Assembly: GCA_964291295.2 (NCBI GenBank)
Contig: OZ219754.1
Coordinates: forward strand, 1,568,001 to 1,632,000
Length of the DNA: 64,000 bases
Direction of reading: 5' to 3'
Source of the DNA: an uncultured Candidatus Binatia bacterium
Lineage (GTDB): Bacteria; Desulfobacterota; Binatia; UBA9968; JAJDTQ01
Shown: piece after piece, positions 31,782-41,611 of the stretch
Position numbering within the stretch: the stretch's first letter is position 1
Layout of the letters: each line of letters opens with the position of its first letter
Made by a program: the position numbers and the translations under genes
The notes under the pieces: model-generated
What the model saw: the letters and a program-made list of their open reading frames with translations, nothing else
Databases searched by the model: none
Told to the model about the DNA's origin: nothing

Positions 31782-31809
31782 GTCCCGCGTCCGGTGATGG
31801 GAGGGTAAT

Positions 31810-32544
31810 GTGTTGCGGGAGCAGTTGGAAACCTTGGCGGTGCTTCAAGGTATCGATCTGGAAGTGAAGGAACACAAGACCGCGCAGAGTCAACGACTGA
31901 AGGAAATCGCAACGCGTGAGAACGAGATCGCCAGGCTGACGGTGGAAGTCAAGACGTTGAAGGACGCGTGGCGGGAGAAGGATGCCGTCCGGCGGGCCAA
32001 GGAGCAGACGGTGACGGATGCCGGCAGAAAGGCCACCGACAGGCGCATGCGCATGAATCATGTCAAGAGCGTCAAGGAGTTGCAGGCGCTTCAGCGGGAA
32101 ATCGCCCAGATCAAGGAGTCCAACGCCATCCTGGAGGAGGAGCTGCTTGAGGTGATGACCGATCTGGACGAGCAGGAGGATGCCCTGAAGCGGAAAGAGG
32201 AGGAGTTGACCGGTCTTGAGATGGCCTGGCACGATCGGAAGGGGCCCCTGGAGGCGGAGATCGCCGAAATCGAGGGAAAGATCGCCAGCACGCGAACCGT
32301 GCGCGACGAGACGGCGTCGCGTCTCGACGGTGATCTCATGGGCAAGTACGAGTTGCTGTTCGACCGGCGCGGCGGCACCGCGGTGGTGTCGGTGTCCACC
32401 GCCATATGCCGGGCCTGCTACATGAACATCCCGCCCCAGCTATGGAACGATGTCTTGCGCAACGAGCGGGTGAACCTGTGTCCGAGCTGCCAGCGCATCC
32501 TTTTCTACAACCCGCCCGCCCAGGAACAGGACGGGCAGTCGTAG
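31810..32544 (+). CDS. Coiled-coil protein with C4-type zinc ribbon (DUF164-like)
   Basis: Long heptad-rich helix, then CRACYMNIPPQ...CPSCQRILF. This family commonly lies upstream of rnpB. Confidence 0.9.
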   Translation: MLREQLETLAVLQGIDLEVKEHKTAQSQRLKEIATRENEIARLTVEVKTLKDAWREKDAVRRAKEQTVTDAGRKATDRRMRMNHVKSVKELQALQREIAQIKESNAILEEELLEVMTDLDEQEDALKRKEEELTGLEMAWHDRKGPLEAEIAEIEGKIASTRTVRDETASRLDGDLMGKYELLFDRRGGTAVVSVSTAICRACYMNIPPQLWNDVLRNERVNLCPSCQRILFYNPPAQEQDGQS

Positions 32545-32699
32545 GGCCCCAGACGCGGCGGGCGCCTTCGTGTGGTTGCCGGGCGTTGCTTCCACCGCCA
32601 GTCCGCTTTCGGCTCCGGTGCCATGCGGGCGGACTCCCGCTGCGGGGGTGCCAGCGGTTGCATCCGCGCCGTTTGTTCGCGAAACTGGGCTCCGGGGTA

Positions 32700-33074
32700 C
32701 AGTGGATCAGACGGTCGCTTCCGCGTTTCACGCGGAGGAGGAAAGTCCGGACTCCACAGGACAGGGTGGCCGTTAACGGCGGCCTCGAGCGATCGAGGGA
32801 AAGTGCCACAGAAAACATACCGCCCGGCGGGTACCGGTCGAACCGGACTGTCGGGCAAGGTTGAAAAGGCGAGGTAAGAGCTCACCGGTCCGCCAGTGAT
32901 GGCGGGCGCATGGTAAACCCCACCCGGAGCAAGACCAAATAGGAGGGTCGGGTTGTCCGCCTGAGAACCCTCGGGTAAGGTCGCTGGATCCCGTGAGCAA
33001 TCACGGGGCAAGATGAATGACCGTCCCGCTTCCTGTTGGGAAGCGAACACAGAATCCGGCTTAACGATCCACTG
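32700..33074 (+). ncRNA. rnpB: RNase P RNA (type A)
   Basis: GAGGAAAGTCCGGACTCC, GGAAAGTGCCACAGAAA, GGTAAACCCCACCCGGAGCAAG, ACAGAATCCGGCTTA; P1 CAGTGGATC pairs with GATCCACTG. Confidence 0.97.
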
Positions 33075-33297
33075 TCCCCAGCCATCCGGACCGTCCCCGC
33101 CCGGATGCGTCTTCACCCACCCCGCACGCATTCTTCTTCGGAAAGCCACAGCCAGCCACAGCCATTTTCCGGAAAACTGCATTTCCGGCAACCTGGATCT
33201 TGTGGCTGATGCGCACCGGCAAGCTCCCAGGCAACCACCTGTAGCCCGGATCGCGACTTTTCGGCCCCTGCGCCGCGAAACAACACGACGTTTCTTC

Positions 33298-33363
33298 TTG
33301 ACACCCCAAGGCGGTCTGGCTATACAGGGTGGGATCACGTGGGCTGAAATCCCATAAAGTGGG
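33298..33363 (+). promoter_or_regulatory. dcw promoter with MraZ-binding repeats
   Basis: TTGACA (33298), 17 bp spacer, TATACA (33321), then GTGGG boxes at 33329, 33339 and 33359. The 10-bp phasing matches known MraZ operators. Confidence 0.8.
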
Positions 33364-33388
33364 CTTGGAAAGGCGTCAGTCACAAGTC

Positions 33389-33841
33389 ATGTTTCGCGGC
33401 AGACATGAGCATACGGTCGACACCAAGGGTCGCTTGAGCATTCCGGCCAGGTATCGCGAAGTCCTCCTGGACAAGGGTGACGAACGCCTCATTGTCACAA
33501 ACTTCGTCTTTGCCTCCAAGCGCTGCCTGGACGTCTATCCTTTCGACGAGTGGCTGGCCCTGGAGGAGGCAGCCCGTCAGAAGCCCAAGTTCGACCCGCG
33601 CATGGTGCGGTTCCAGACCTACTACCTCGGCGGGGCGGCGGAATGTGCGGTGGACCCCCACGGCCGCATCCTCATCCCGCCGGCGTTGCGCAACTACGCC
33701 GGTCTGAGACGCGATGTCATGCTGGTGCCCGCCAGCGAGAAGTTCCGCATCTGGGACAAGGGCGCCTGGGACGCCGTGTTTACGGAGTGCGAAGAGCAAC
33801 TCATGGAAGATCCGGAATCCCTCTCGGACCTGGGCCTGTAG
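33389..33841 (+). CDS. mraZ: Transcriptional regulator MraZ
   Basis: MFRGRHEHTVDTKGRLSIP...DPHGRILIP; two AbrB-like repeats. Confidence 0.96.
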   Translation: MFRGRHEHTVDTKGRLSIPARYREVLLDKGDERLIVTNFVFASKRCLDVYPFDEWLALEEAARQKPKFDPRMVRFQTYYLGGAAECAVDPHGRILIPPALRNYAGLRRDVMLVPASEKFRIWDKGAWDAVFTECEEQLMEDPESLSDLGL

Positions 33842-33873
33842 CTCCGGGGAAGCCGCCGCCGGAAAGGAGCAGC

Positions 33874-34242
33874 ATGATCGGATTCGACAGGAAGCTCATT
33901 CAGGATATTGCCGTCATCGATGTCAACGGCGATATCGACCTGCGGGAGATGGTGGCGATCAAGGACATCATCGAAGGCCTGATCGAAAAGGAACGCCTCA
34001 AGGTCGTTCTCAATCTCAAGGCGGTGGACCATATCAACTACCTGAGCATCGGGGTGCTGCTGGACCGCCTGAAGCTGTTGCGCGAGAGGAACGGTGATCT
34101 GAAACTCTCGGGCATGCACCCCCATCTGAAGGACATCTTCCGGGTGGTGGGCATGGACGGGGTGTTCGAGTTCTACGCCTCTTTGGACGAAGCCATCGAG
34201 AGTTTCGACGACGACTGGGAGGGCGCGGCTACCTGCCATTGA
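33874..34242 (+). CDS. STAS-domain (anti-sigma-factor antagonist-like) protein
   Basis: VIDVNGDIDL...VVLNLKAVDHIN...GDLKLSG...IFRVVG...EAIESF; AAGGAG RBS before ATG 33874. Confidence 0.88.
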   Translation: MIGFDRKLIQDIAVIDVNGDIDLREMVAIKDIIEGLIEKERLKVVLNLKAVDHINYLSIGVLLDRLKLLRERNGDLKLSGMHPHLKDIFRVVGMDGVFEFYASLDEAIESFDDDWEGAATCH

Positions 34243-34254
34243 AACAGCGGTCGC

Positions 34255-35205
34255 ATGAGCTATGCACACCAGCCCGTAATGCTTCGCGAGGTGCTCGAGA
34301 TCCTCGCTCCGAAACCGGCGCGAAGGTATCTTGATGCCACCGTGGGCGGAGGCGGCCACGCGGCGGAGATCCTGCGCCGGTCTTCTCCGGACGGCGAACT
34401 CCTGGGGCTGGATCTGGATGACCATGCGATTGCCGCCGCCGGGCGCGCGCTGGCCGCCTACGGCGAGCGGGTGACCCTGCGCCGGTCGGGATTCGACCAG
34501 GCGCGGGCGGCTCTGGACGAGTTGGGCTGGCCGGGCGTGGACGGACTGCTGCTGGACCTGGGCCTGTCCTCCCACCAACTCGATACGCCGGAGCGTGGGT
34601 TCGGCTTTCTCAGCGACGCCAGACTGGACATGCGAATGGACCGAACCGTCCGGGTGGACGCGCATGCACTGGTGAACAGTCTGCCGGTGGAAGCGTTGGC
34701 GGGAATCATCCGCGATTTCGGCGAAGAGCCCCGGGCACGCCGGATCGCCGCGGCCATCGACGCGCGCCGCCGCCAGGGAGCCATTGATTCGCCCCGGCAA
34801 CTGGCCGACACGGTGGCTCGGGCCACCCGCGGTTCGGCCCGTCCGCGCAAGTCCGGCAGACCCGCCGCGCATCCGGCCACCCGGACGTTTCAGGCGGTGC
34901 GCATCGCGGTGAACCGTGAGTTGGAAAATCTCGAAAGGTTCCTCGAGTCGGCGTACGAACTGTTGTGCGCCAAGGGACGCCTGGTGGTCATTTCATTTCA
35001 CTCGCTGGAGGATCGGCTGGTCAAGCGCGCGTTTCACCGTTGGGGCCTGGACTGTGTCTGCCCCCCGCGTCTGCCCGCCTGTGCCTGTGGCTGGGCCCGC
35101 AAGACCCACGCCCTCACCCGGAGGCCGCGGGTGCCCGGCCAGGACGAGGTCCGGGCCAACCCGAGGGCGCGTTCGGCCAAGCTGAGGGCGGTGGAACGAG
35201 TATGA
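34255..35205 (+). CDS. rsmH: 16S rRNA m4C1402 methyltransferase
   Basis: HQPVMLREV, DATVGGGGH, DLGLSSHQLD, LDMRMD, ISFHSLEDRLVK, NPRARSAKLR. Confidence 0.97.
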   Translation: MSYAHQPVMLREVLEILAPKPARRYLDATVGGGGHAAEILRRSSPDGELLGLDLDDHAIAAAGRALAAYGERVTLRRSGFDQARAALDELGWPGVDGLLLDLGLSSHQLDTPERGFGFLSDARLDMRMDRTVRVDAHALVNSLPVEALAGIIRDFGEEPRARRIAAAIDARRRQGAIDSPRQLADTVARATRGSARPRKSGRPAAHPATRTFQAVRIAVNRELENLERFLESAYELLCAKGRLVVISFHSLEDRLVKRAFHRWGLDCVCPPRLPACACGWARKTHALTRRPRVPGQDEVRANPRARSAKLRAVERV

Positions 35206-35570
35206 CGCTTTTCGGCTCCGGAGCGGGCATATGGCTTTCCCGGCCGAGACCGACCCGCGGCGCGGAGAGTCTGTACAACCAGCATGTGGCCGCCTCCGCG
35301 TCGGCGCGGCGCGTCGGCTGGTTGCCGGTGGTGCTGAGCTGCCTCCTGTTGGCCCTGGCCCTGTTGCTGGTATGGCAGCGCCTGCGAGTCGTGCAGCTCG
35401 GCTACGTGCTCTCCACCGCCGCCAGGCTGGAGCGCGGGCTGGAGCAGATGAATCGCGAACTCAGGCTGGAGCTGACGACGCTGACCGCACGCGAACGCCT
35501 TGAGAGCATGGCCCGGAGGCGCCTGGGGCTGAGGGATCCGGAGGCCGGCCAGGTGGTGAGATTGCCGTGA
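35202..35570 (+). CDS. ftsL: Cell division protein FtsL
   Basis: Single TM segment, then coiled coil ending RLESMARRRLGL..P; lies between rsmH and ftsI. Confidence 0.85.
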   Translation: MTLFGSGAGIWLSRPRPTRGAESLYNQHVAASASARRVGWLPVVLSCLLLALALLLVWQRLRVVQLGYVLSTAARLERGLEQMNRELRLELTTLTARERLESMARRRLGLRDPEAGQVVRLP

Positions 35571-37516
35571 CGAAGACACCGCCACAGAATCCTCTCGGCA
35601 GGTTTCGTTTCCGCCTGCAGTTCACCGGCGGACTGCTGCTGGCACTGCTGCTGGCGGTGGCGCTGCGGGCCATCCACCTGCAGGCTTTCGACGGCGCCAA
35701 GCTGGCGCGGCTGGGCGAGAAACAGCACCTCCAGGAACAGATCGTCGTTCCCCGGCGCGGTACCATCCTGGGCCGAAACGGTGACGCGCTGGCCATCAGC
35801 GTCGAGTCCAGATCGGTTTACGTGCGGCCGCGGCGGGTCCGGTTGCCGGACAGGAGGGTGCCGGCGGTGGCGCGGGCCCTGGACCTGAAACCCGACACGG
35901 TGCGCCGCAGGGCCACCTCCGACAAGCCGTTCGTGTGGCTCAAGCGGCAGGTGACGCCGCGCGAGGTCCAGCGCATCCAGGCCCTGAAGATCGAGGGAAT
36001 CGGGCTGTACCACGAACCGAAACGCTTCTACCCGCAGGGCCGCCTCGCCGGACAGGTGTTGGGCCTGGTGGGCAGGGATGCGCAAGGGCTGGAGGGCGTC
36101 GAGCGCAGCTACGATGGCCACATACGCGGCAAGACGCATTCGTCGGTGGTGGAGCGGGATGCGTTGGGGCGCCGCATGCTGGTCACCGGTCTGCACGACC
36201 TGAGGACACGCCCCGGGGCGGACGTGCACTTGACTCTCGACACGACCCTTCAGCATCTCGCCGAAAAGCACCTGGCGGCCACCGTGAAACGCTTTCGCGC
36301 CAAGGGCGGCACGGTGGTGATGGCGGACCCGTTCTCGGGCGCGATACTGGCGCTGGCGAGCTACCCGTTCTTCAACCCCAACCAGTTCCGCAGCCAGGAA
36401 CGCGACCGGTGGCGTATTCGCGCCATTACGGACACCTATGAACCGGGCTCGGTCTTCAAGGCGGTGTTGGCCGCGGCCGTGCTGGAAGAAGGGGTGGTGG
36501 GACGGGAGGATCTGATCTTCTGCGAGTTCGGCCGCTATGGTTACGGCGGCCGTGTCATCCACGATATCAAGGAGCATGGCTGGCTTTCCTTTGCCAAGGT
36601 GCTTCACCTTTCCAGCAACATCGGCGTGACCAAGGTGGCCGAAAAGCTCGGCCGGGAGCCGTATCACCGCTACCTGCGGCGGTTCGGTTTCGGCCGGAAG
36701 ACGGGCGTCGATCTTCCCGGCGAGGTGTCCGGCAGGGTGCGGCCGCACCACACGTGGCACGACATTGATCTCGCCGCGCTCTCCTTCGGACAGTCCGTGG
36801 CCGTGACGCCCCTCCAGATGGTCATGGCCTTCTCGGCCATCGCCAACGGCGGCCTGCTGATGAAGCCGTTCATCGTGGACCGCGTCGTGGACCAGGACGG
36901 CACGGTCCTGCTGCGGCACAGGCCGGAGGTGGTGCGGCGCGTGGTGTCCCGGACCACGGCCCGGACGGTGGTGGATATCCTCAAGGGGGTGGTGGCCGAG
37001 GGGGGCACCGGCGCCCAGGCCGCCCTGAGAGGTTTCGAGGCGGCGGGCAAGACCGGTACTTCCCAGAAGGCGGATGCGGTCAAGGGCGGCTATCACAAGA
37101 CCCGGCGGGTGGCCTCCTTCGCCGGCTTCGTGCCCGCGGACGAGCCCCGTTTCGTGTTGCTGACCCTGGTGGACGAGCCCGCGGTCAGCGTGTACGGGGG
37201 CGTGGTCGCCGCCCCCCTGTTCCGACAAATCGCCGCTCCCGCGCTCCACGCTCTCGGCGTGACCCCCGACCCGCGGCTGTTGCCGGCCACGCCGCCGGGA
37301 AGGGGCGCCGGCGTTGTCCGGGTCTCCCGCAAGGCCGGTCCGCACCGCCAGCCGCCCCGCGGCGGCTGGCCGAATCTCGTCGGCCTGAGCATGCGCGAGG
37401 CCGTGGACAAGGCCAGGCGGCACAGGTTCTCCGTGGTGCTCCGCGGCCATGGCTACGTCGTGGACCAGCGGTGGGACGGTGCCGGCGGCCGTCTGGTGCT
37501 GACCTTGAAGGACTGA
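35567..37516 (+). CDS. ftsI: Penicillin-binding protein FtsI (PBP3) with C-terminal PASTA-like domain
   Basis: RRGTILGRNG, EPGSVFK (SxxK), SSN, KTGT. Confidence 0.95.
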   Translation: MTKTPPQNPLGRFRFRLQFTGGLLLALLLAVALRAIHLQAFDGAKLARLGEKQHLQEQIVVPRRGTILGRNGDALAISVESRSVYVRPRRVRLPDRRVPAVARALDLKPDTVRRRATSDKPFVWLKRQVTPREVQRIQALKIEGIGLYHEPKRFYPQGRLAGQVLGLVGRDAQGLEGVERSYDGHIRGKTHSSVVERDALGRRMLVTGLHDLRTRPGADVHLTLDTTLQHLAEKHLAATVKRFRAKGGTVVMADPFSGAILALASYPFFNPNQFRSQERDRWRIRAITDTYEPGSVFKAVLAAAVLEEGVVGREDLIFCEFGRYGYGGRVIHDIKEHGWLSFAKVLHLSSNIGVTKVAEKLGREPYHRYLRRFGFGRKTGVDLPGEVSGRVRPHHTWHDIDLAALSFGQSVAVTPLQMVMAFSAIANGGLLMKPFIVDRVVDQDGTVLLRHRPEVVRRVVSRTTARTVVDILKGVVAEGGTGAQAALRGFEAAGKTGTSQKADAVKGGYHKTRRVASFAGFVPADEPRFVLLTLVDEPAVSVYGGVVAAPLFRQIAAPALHALGVTPDPRLLPATPPGRGAGVVRVSRKAGPHRQPPRGGWPNLVGLSMREAVDKARRHRFSVVLRGHGYVVDQRWDGAGGRLVLTLKD

Positions 37517-37521
37517 CGCGG

Positions 37522-39042
37522 ATGCAGCTCCGGGACCTTCAGCATGCACTGGACATCCGGGACGAGAGCGGACCCATGGACCGCGGCGTCCGGGGTCTCG
37601 CATGTGATTCCCGCCGGGTTCGGGAGGGCCATGTCTTCTTTGCGCTTGCCGGGCAGTTCGCCGATGGTCACGACCACGTGGACGAGGCGGTGAGGCGGGG
37701 AGCGGCCGCCGTGGTGGTGGAACGCTCCGTTCCGGTTGCGCCGGAAGCCGCCTGCCTGCGCGTGCCGGATACCCGGCTGGCCATGGCCCATGCGGCGGCG
37801 GCGTTCTACGGCCATCCGAGCCGGGGGCTCGTGCTGGTGGGAGTCACCGGCACCAACGGCAAGACCACGGTCACCTGGCTGCTCGATGCCATGCTTGCTG
37901 CCGCCGGTGAGCCGTGCGGGGTCATCGGCACCATCAGCCAGCGCCATGGCCAGTGGCAGAGGCCCGCGGCGCTGACCACTCCCGAGGCCATGGACATCGA
38001 GGAGCTCCTGTCCGACATGGTGAGCGCGGGCGTGCGGTTCGTCGCCATGGAGGTCTCCTCCCATGCCCTGGATCTGCACCGGGTGGACGGACTCGATTTC
38101 GACGGCGCGGTGTTCACCAATCTGTCGCGGGATCATCTGGACTACCATCCGGACATGGAGGCCTATTTTTCGAGCAAGGCCCGGTTGTTCACCGGCTGCC
38201 TGCCCGTCAGCACCAAGGATCGGCCGTTCGCCGTGATCAACGCCGACGACCCCAAGGGGGTGGAGTTGGTGCGTCTGGCCGGGAAGGCCGGCCTCGTGAC
38301 CTTCACCTGCGGCCGTTCGCCGCAATGGGATATCCATCCCGTCGATTTCGAGAGCGGTCCCGAAGGGTTGAAGGGAACCCTGGCGTGCGGTGAACGGATC
38401 GATTTCGAGTGCGCGCTCATGGGCGAGCCGAACCTGGAGAACATACTCGCGGCCGCGGGTGCGGCCCGGGCCCTGGGTCTCGGCGCCGATGCCATCGCCG
38501 CCGGCCTGTCCCGGCTTGAGCGGGTTCCGGGGCGCCTGGAGCGGATTCCCAACCAGATGGGGATCATGCTGGTGGTGGACTATGCCCATACGCCGGATGC
38601 CCTGGCCAAGGTCCTCCGCGCCCTGCGGGCATTGACCTCCGCGAGGCTGATCACGGTATTCGGCTGCGGCGGTGACCGCGATCCCGGGAAACGCGCGCTC
38701 ATGGGCGCGGTGGCGGCGTCGGAAAGCGACCGGGTCGTACTGACCTCCGACAATCCGCGCGGCGAGGATCCGCTGGCGATCATTCACGATATCGAGGCGG
38801 GCGTCCGCGGCGGGGGCATGAAGCGGCTCGGGGAGGGGGCGTTGAACGGGGCGGAGACGGGATACCGGATCGAGCCCGACCGGCGTGCCGCCATCCGCCT
38901 CGGGCTGTCCATGGCCGCTCCGGGGGACGTCCTGCTGGTGGCGGGAAAGGGCCACGAGGACTATCAGATCGTCGGCACCCGGCGGTTGGCGTTCGACGAC
39001 CGTCAGGTGCTGCGGGAAGAGGTGCGCGGCGCCGGCGGCTGA
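37522..39042 (+). CDS. murE: UDP-MurNAc-tripeptide synthetase (meso-DAP type)
   Basis: GTNGKTT, MEVSSHAL, DYAHTPDAL, FGCGGDRD, DNPR (DAP-specificity motif), AGKGHE. Confidence 0.97.
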   Translation: MQLRDLQHALDIRDESGPMDRGVRGLACDSRRVREGHVFFALAGQFADGHDHVDEAVRRGAAAVVVERSVPVAPEAACLRVPDTRLAMAHAAAAFYGHPSRGLVLVGVTGTNGKTTVTWLLDAMLAAAGEPCGVIGTISQRHGQWQRPAALTTPEAMDIEELLSDMVSAGVRFVAMEVSSHALDLHRVDGLDFDGAVFTNLSRDHLDYHPDMEAYFSSKARLFTGCLPVSTKDRPFAVINADDPKGVELVRLAGKAGLVTFTCGRSPQWDIHPVDFESGPEGLKGTLACGERIDFECALMGEPNLENILAAAGAARALGLGADAIAAGLSRLERVPGRLERIPNQMGIMLVVDYAHTPDALAKVLRALRALTSARLITVFGCGGDRDPGKRALMGAVAASESDRVVLTSDNPRGEDPLAIIHDIEAGVRGGGMKRLGEGALNGAETGYRIEPDRRAAIRLGLSMAAPGDVLLVAGKGHEDYQIVGTRRLAFDDRQVLREEVRGAGG

Positions 39043-39064
39043 CGCGGACCCATGCCACATGCCC

Positions 39065-40462
39065 ATGGATTGGACCATCGAAGAACTGGCGCGGGCGGCC
39101 CGGGGAACCATCGTTCGGCACGGTGCGGTGACACGGTTCGGCCGCATCAGCACGGATTCGCGGCAAGTGGAACGGAACGGCGTGTTCGTGGCGCTGCGCG
39201 GCGAAGTGCGGGACGGCCACGCGTTCGTGTCCGAAGCGGTGCGCCGCGGCGGCGGGTGCGTGGTGGTGCAGCGGAGCGTTGCCGGCCCGAAGCGGGTGTC
39301 GGTGATTCGCGTGCGCGACACCCTGCGGGCGCTGGGCGACATCGCCCACTTCCATCGCCGGAAGCTGGCGCCGCGGGTCCTGGCCATCACCGGGTCCAAC
39401 GGCAAGACCACCACCAAGGAGATGCTTTTCGCCATCCTGCAGCGCGCGCGTACGGAAGACGGCCCGTTGCGCGGCAAGGTCCTCAAGACCGAAGGCAACC
39501 ACAACAATCTGGTGGGTCTGCCGCTGACGTTGCTGCGGCTTCGGGGACACGAGCGTGCGGCGGTGGTGGAACTCGGCACCAACCGGCCAGGCGAGATCCG
39601 CCGGCTCACGGCCATGGCCAATCCCGATCTGGCCCTCATCACTTCGGTGGCGGCCGCCCATCTTGCGGGGCTGGGAACCCTCGCCGGCGTCGCCCGGGAA
39701 AAGGGTGCGCTTTTTCGGGGCCTTCATCCGCAGGCCATTGCCGTGGTGAATCTGGACGATGACCGGGTGGCGGGCCAGAGCCGGAGCTTCCAGGGCCGGG
39801 TGGTGACTTACGGCACCGGCGGTTTCGTCCGCGGCGAGGATCCCGAGGTGCTGGCGGGCGGGCGGCTGCGGTTCAGCTTGCGCGTGGGCCGTCTGCGGGA
39901 GTCGGTACGGCTGCGGCTGTGCGGCCTGCACAACGTCCGGAACGCGGTGGGGGCCGCCGCCATGGCCCACGCCTTCGGAGCGGATGTGGCGGCCATTCGC
40001 AGCGGCCTTGAGGCGGTTCGGCCGGTCTCCATGCGCATGCAGGTGGAGCGCTGGAACGGTATCGGCATCATCAACGACGCCTACAACGCCAATCCGGCAT
40101 CCATGGAAGCGGCGCTGGCGGCGTTGAAGACGATTCCGGCCCGCGGCCGGCGCGTGGCCGCGCTGGGCGACATGATGGAAATGGGCGCCGGCGAGGCGGC
40201 CTGCCATCGCCGGCTCGGCGAAGCAGCGGCCGCGAGCGAGCTGGACGCGCTTTACTTGCTGGGCCATTTCGCCCGCGATATTCGCCAGGGAGCGCTGGCT
40301 GCGGGCATGGACCGGGCCCGGGTACGGTTGACGCGGAGCCACCGGACGCTTGGGTCGGCGTTGCGGGCCGAGTTGCGCAGGGGGGACTGGGTCCTCGTCA
40401 AGGGTTCGCGGGGCGCCTCCATGGAAAAAGCGCTGGCGGCCATGAAGGACGAAAGGGCCTAG
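39065..40462 (+). CDS. murF: UDP-MurNAc-pentapeptide synthetase
   Basis: TGSNGKTTTKE, NDAYNANP, LGDMMEMG, VKGSRG. Confidence 0.96.
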   Translation: MDWTIEELARAARGTIVRHGAVTRFGRISTDSRQVERNGVFVALRGEVRDGHAFVSEAVRRGGGCVVVQRSVAGPKRVSVIRVRDTLRALGDIAHFHRRKLAPRVLAITGSNGKTTTKEMLFAILQRARTEDGPLRGKVLKTEGNHNNLVGLPLTLLRLRGHERAAVVELGTNRPGEIRRLTAMANPDLALITSVAAAHLAGLGTLAGVAREKGALFRGLHPQAIAVVNLDDDRVAGQSRSFQGRVVTYGTGGFVRGEDPEVLAGGRLRFSLRVGRLRESVRLRLCGLHNVRNAVGAAAMAHAFGADVAAIRSGLEAVRPVSMRMQVERWNGIGIINDAYNANPASMEAALAALKTIPARGRRVAALGDMMEMGAGEAACHRRLGEAAAASELDALYLLGHFARDIRQGALAAGMDRARVRLTRSHRTLGSALRAELRRGDWVLVKGSRGASMEKALAAMKDERA

Positions 40463-40466
40463 CCTC

Positions 40467-41543
40467 GTGCTGTATCTTGTTCTCTATCCGCTGCACGCCA
40501 CGTTCCCGTTACTGAACGTGCTTCGCTACATCACGTTTCGCGCGGCGCTGGCGGCGCTGGCGGCGCTGCTGCTTTCCTTCGTCATCGGCCCCCGTTTCAT
40601 CCGTGCCCTCAAGGGGTGGCAGATGGCGCAGCCCATCCGGGACGACGGCCCGGACCGCCATGCCGGCAAGGCCGGCACACCCACCATGGGAGGGACCCTG
40701 ATCGTGCTGTCGCTGGTCTTGTCCACCGTGCTGGTGGGGGACGTGACCAACGTGTACGTCCTGGTGGCGCTGGCCGTGACCGTGGCCTTCGCGGCCATCG
40801 GCCTGATCGACGACCTCCTCAAGGTGCGGCGCGGGAGCAGCCGGGGATTGAGTCTGTGGGGCAAGCTCGTTCCCCAGATCGCGGCGGCGGCACTGGCGGC
40901 GGTGGTGCTCCTGCTGCAGCCCGATTTCAGCAGCACCGTGGCCGTCCCTTTCTTCAAGAATCTGCGTCCGGATCTGGGGCTCTGGTACGTCCCGTTCGCG
41001 GTGGTGGTGGTGGTGGGGGCTTCCAACGCCGTCAACCTCACCGATGGGCTGGACGGGCTGGCCATCGGGCCGGTGATGACCGCCGCCGCCACCTACGCGG
41101 TCATCGTGTATCTTGCCGGCCATGTGGAGTTCGCCGAGTATCTCCAGATTCCCCACGTATCCCGGGTCGGCGAGCTCACGGTGTTCTGTGCGGCGGTGGT
41201 GGCCGCGGGCCTGGGTTTCCTGTGGTTCAACACCTACCCGGCCCAGTTGTTCATGGGCGACGTGGGCAGTCTGGGGCTGGGGGCCGCACTGGGAAGCCTT
41301 GCGGTCATCAGCAAGAACGAGATCCTGTTGGTGGTGGTGGGTGGTGTCTTCGTGCTGGAGGCCGTGTCGGTGATCGTCCAGGTGGCCTCCTTCAAGTGGC
41401 GCGGCAAGCGGGTCTTCCGCATGGCGCCCATCCACCATCACTATGAGTTGAAGGGCTGGCCGGAACCGCAGATCATCGTGCGTTTCTGGATCGTGTCGAT
41501 TATCTGCGCGCTGTTCGCATTGAGCACGCTCAAGCTGCGCTGA
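40467..41543 (+). CDS. mraY: Phospho-N-acetylmuramoyl-pentapeptide transferase
   Basis: GTPTMGG, NAVNLTDGLDGLA, FMGDVGS, MAPIHHHYE. Confidence 0.98.
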   Translation: MLYLVLYPLHATFPLLNVLRYITFRAALAALAALLLSFVIGPRFIRALKGWQMAQPIRDDGPDRHAGKAGTPTMGGTLIVLSLVLSTVLVGDVTNVYVLVALAVTVAFAAIGLIDDLLKVRRGSSRGLSLWGKLVPQIAAAALAAVVLLLQPDFSSTVAVPFFKNLRPDLGLWYVPFAVVVVVGASNAVNLTDGLDGLAIGPVMTAAATYAVIVYLAGHVEFAEYLQIPHVSRVGELTVFCAAVVAAGLGFLWFNTYPAQLFMGDVGSLGLGAALGSLAVISKNEILLVVVGGVFVLEAVSVIVQVASFKWRGKRVFRMAPIHHHYELKGWPEPQIIVRFWIVSIICALFALSTLKLR

Positions 41544-41611
41544 GGACCCGGGGAGTGATTTCGACAGCAGCGGCATGCGGACAAGGCCCGGGAGCGGGCG
41601 GGGATCCCGTG

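Noticed and set aside
31600-31810. tRNA gene upstream of the zinc-ribbon gene
   Set aside because: No cloverleaf or TTCGA T-loop is visible.
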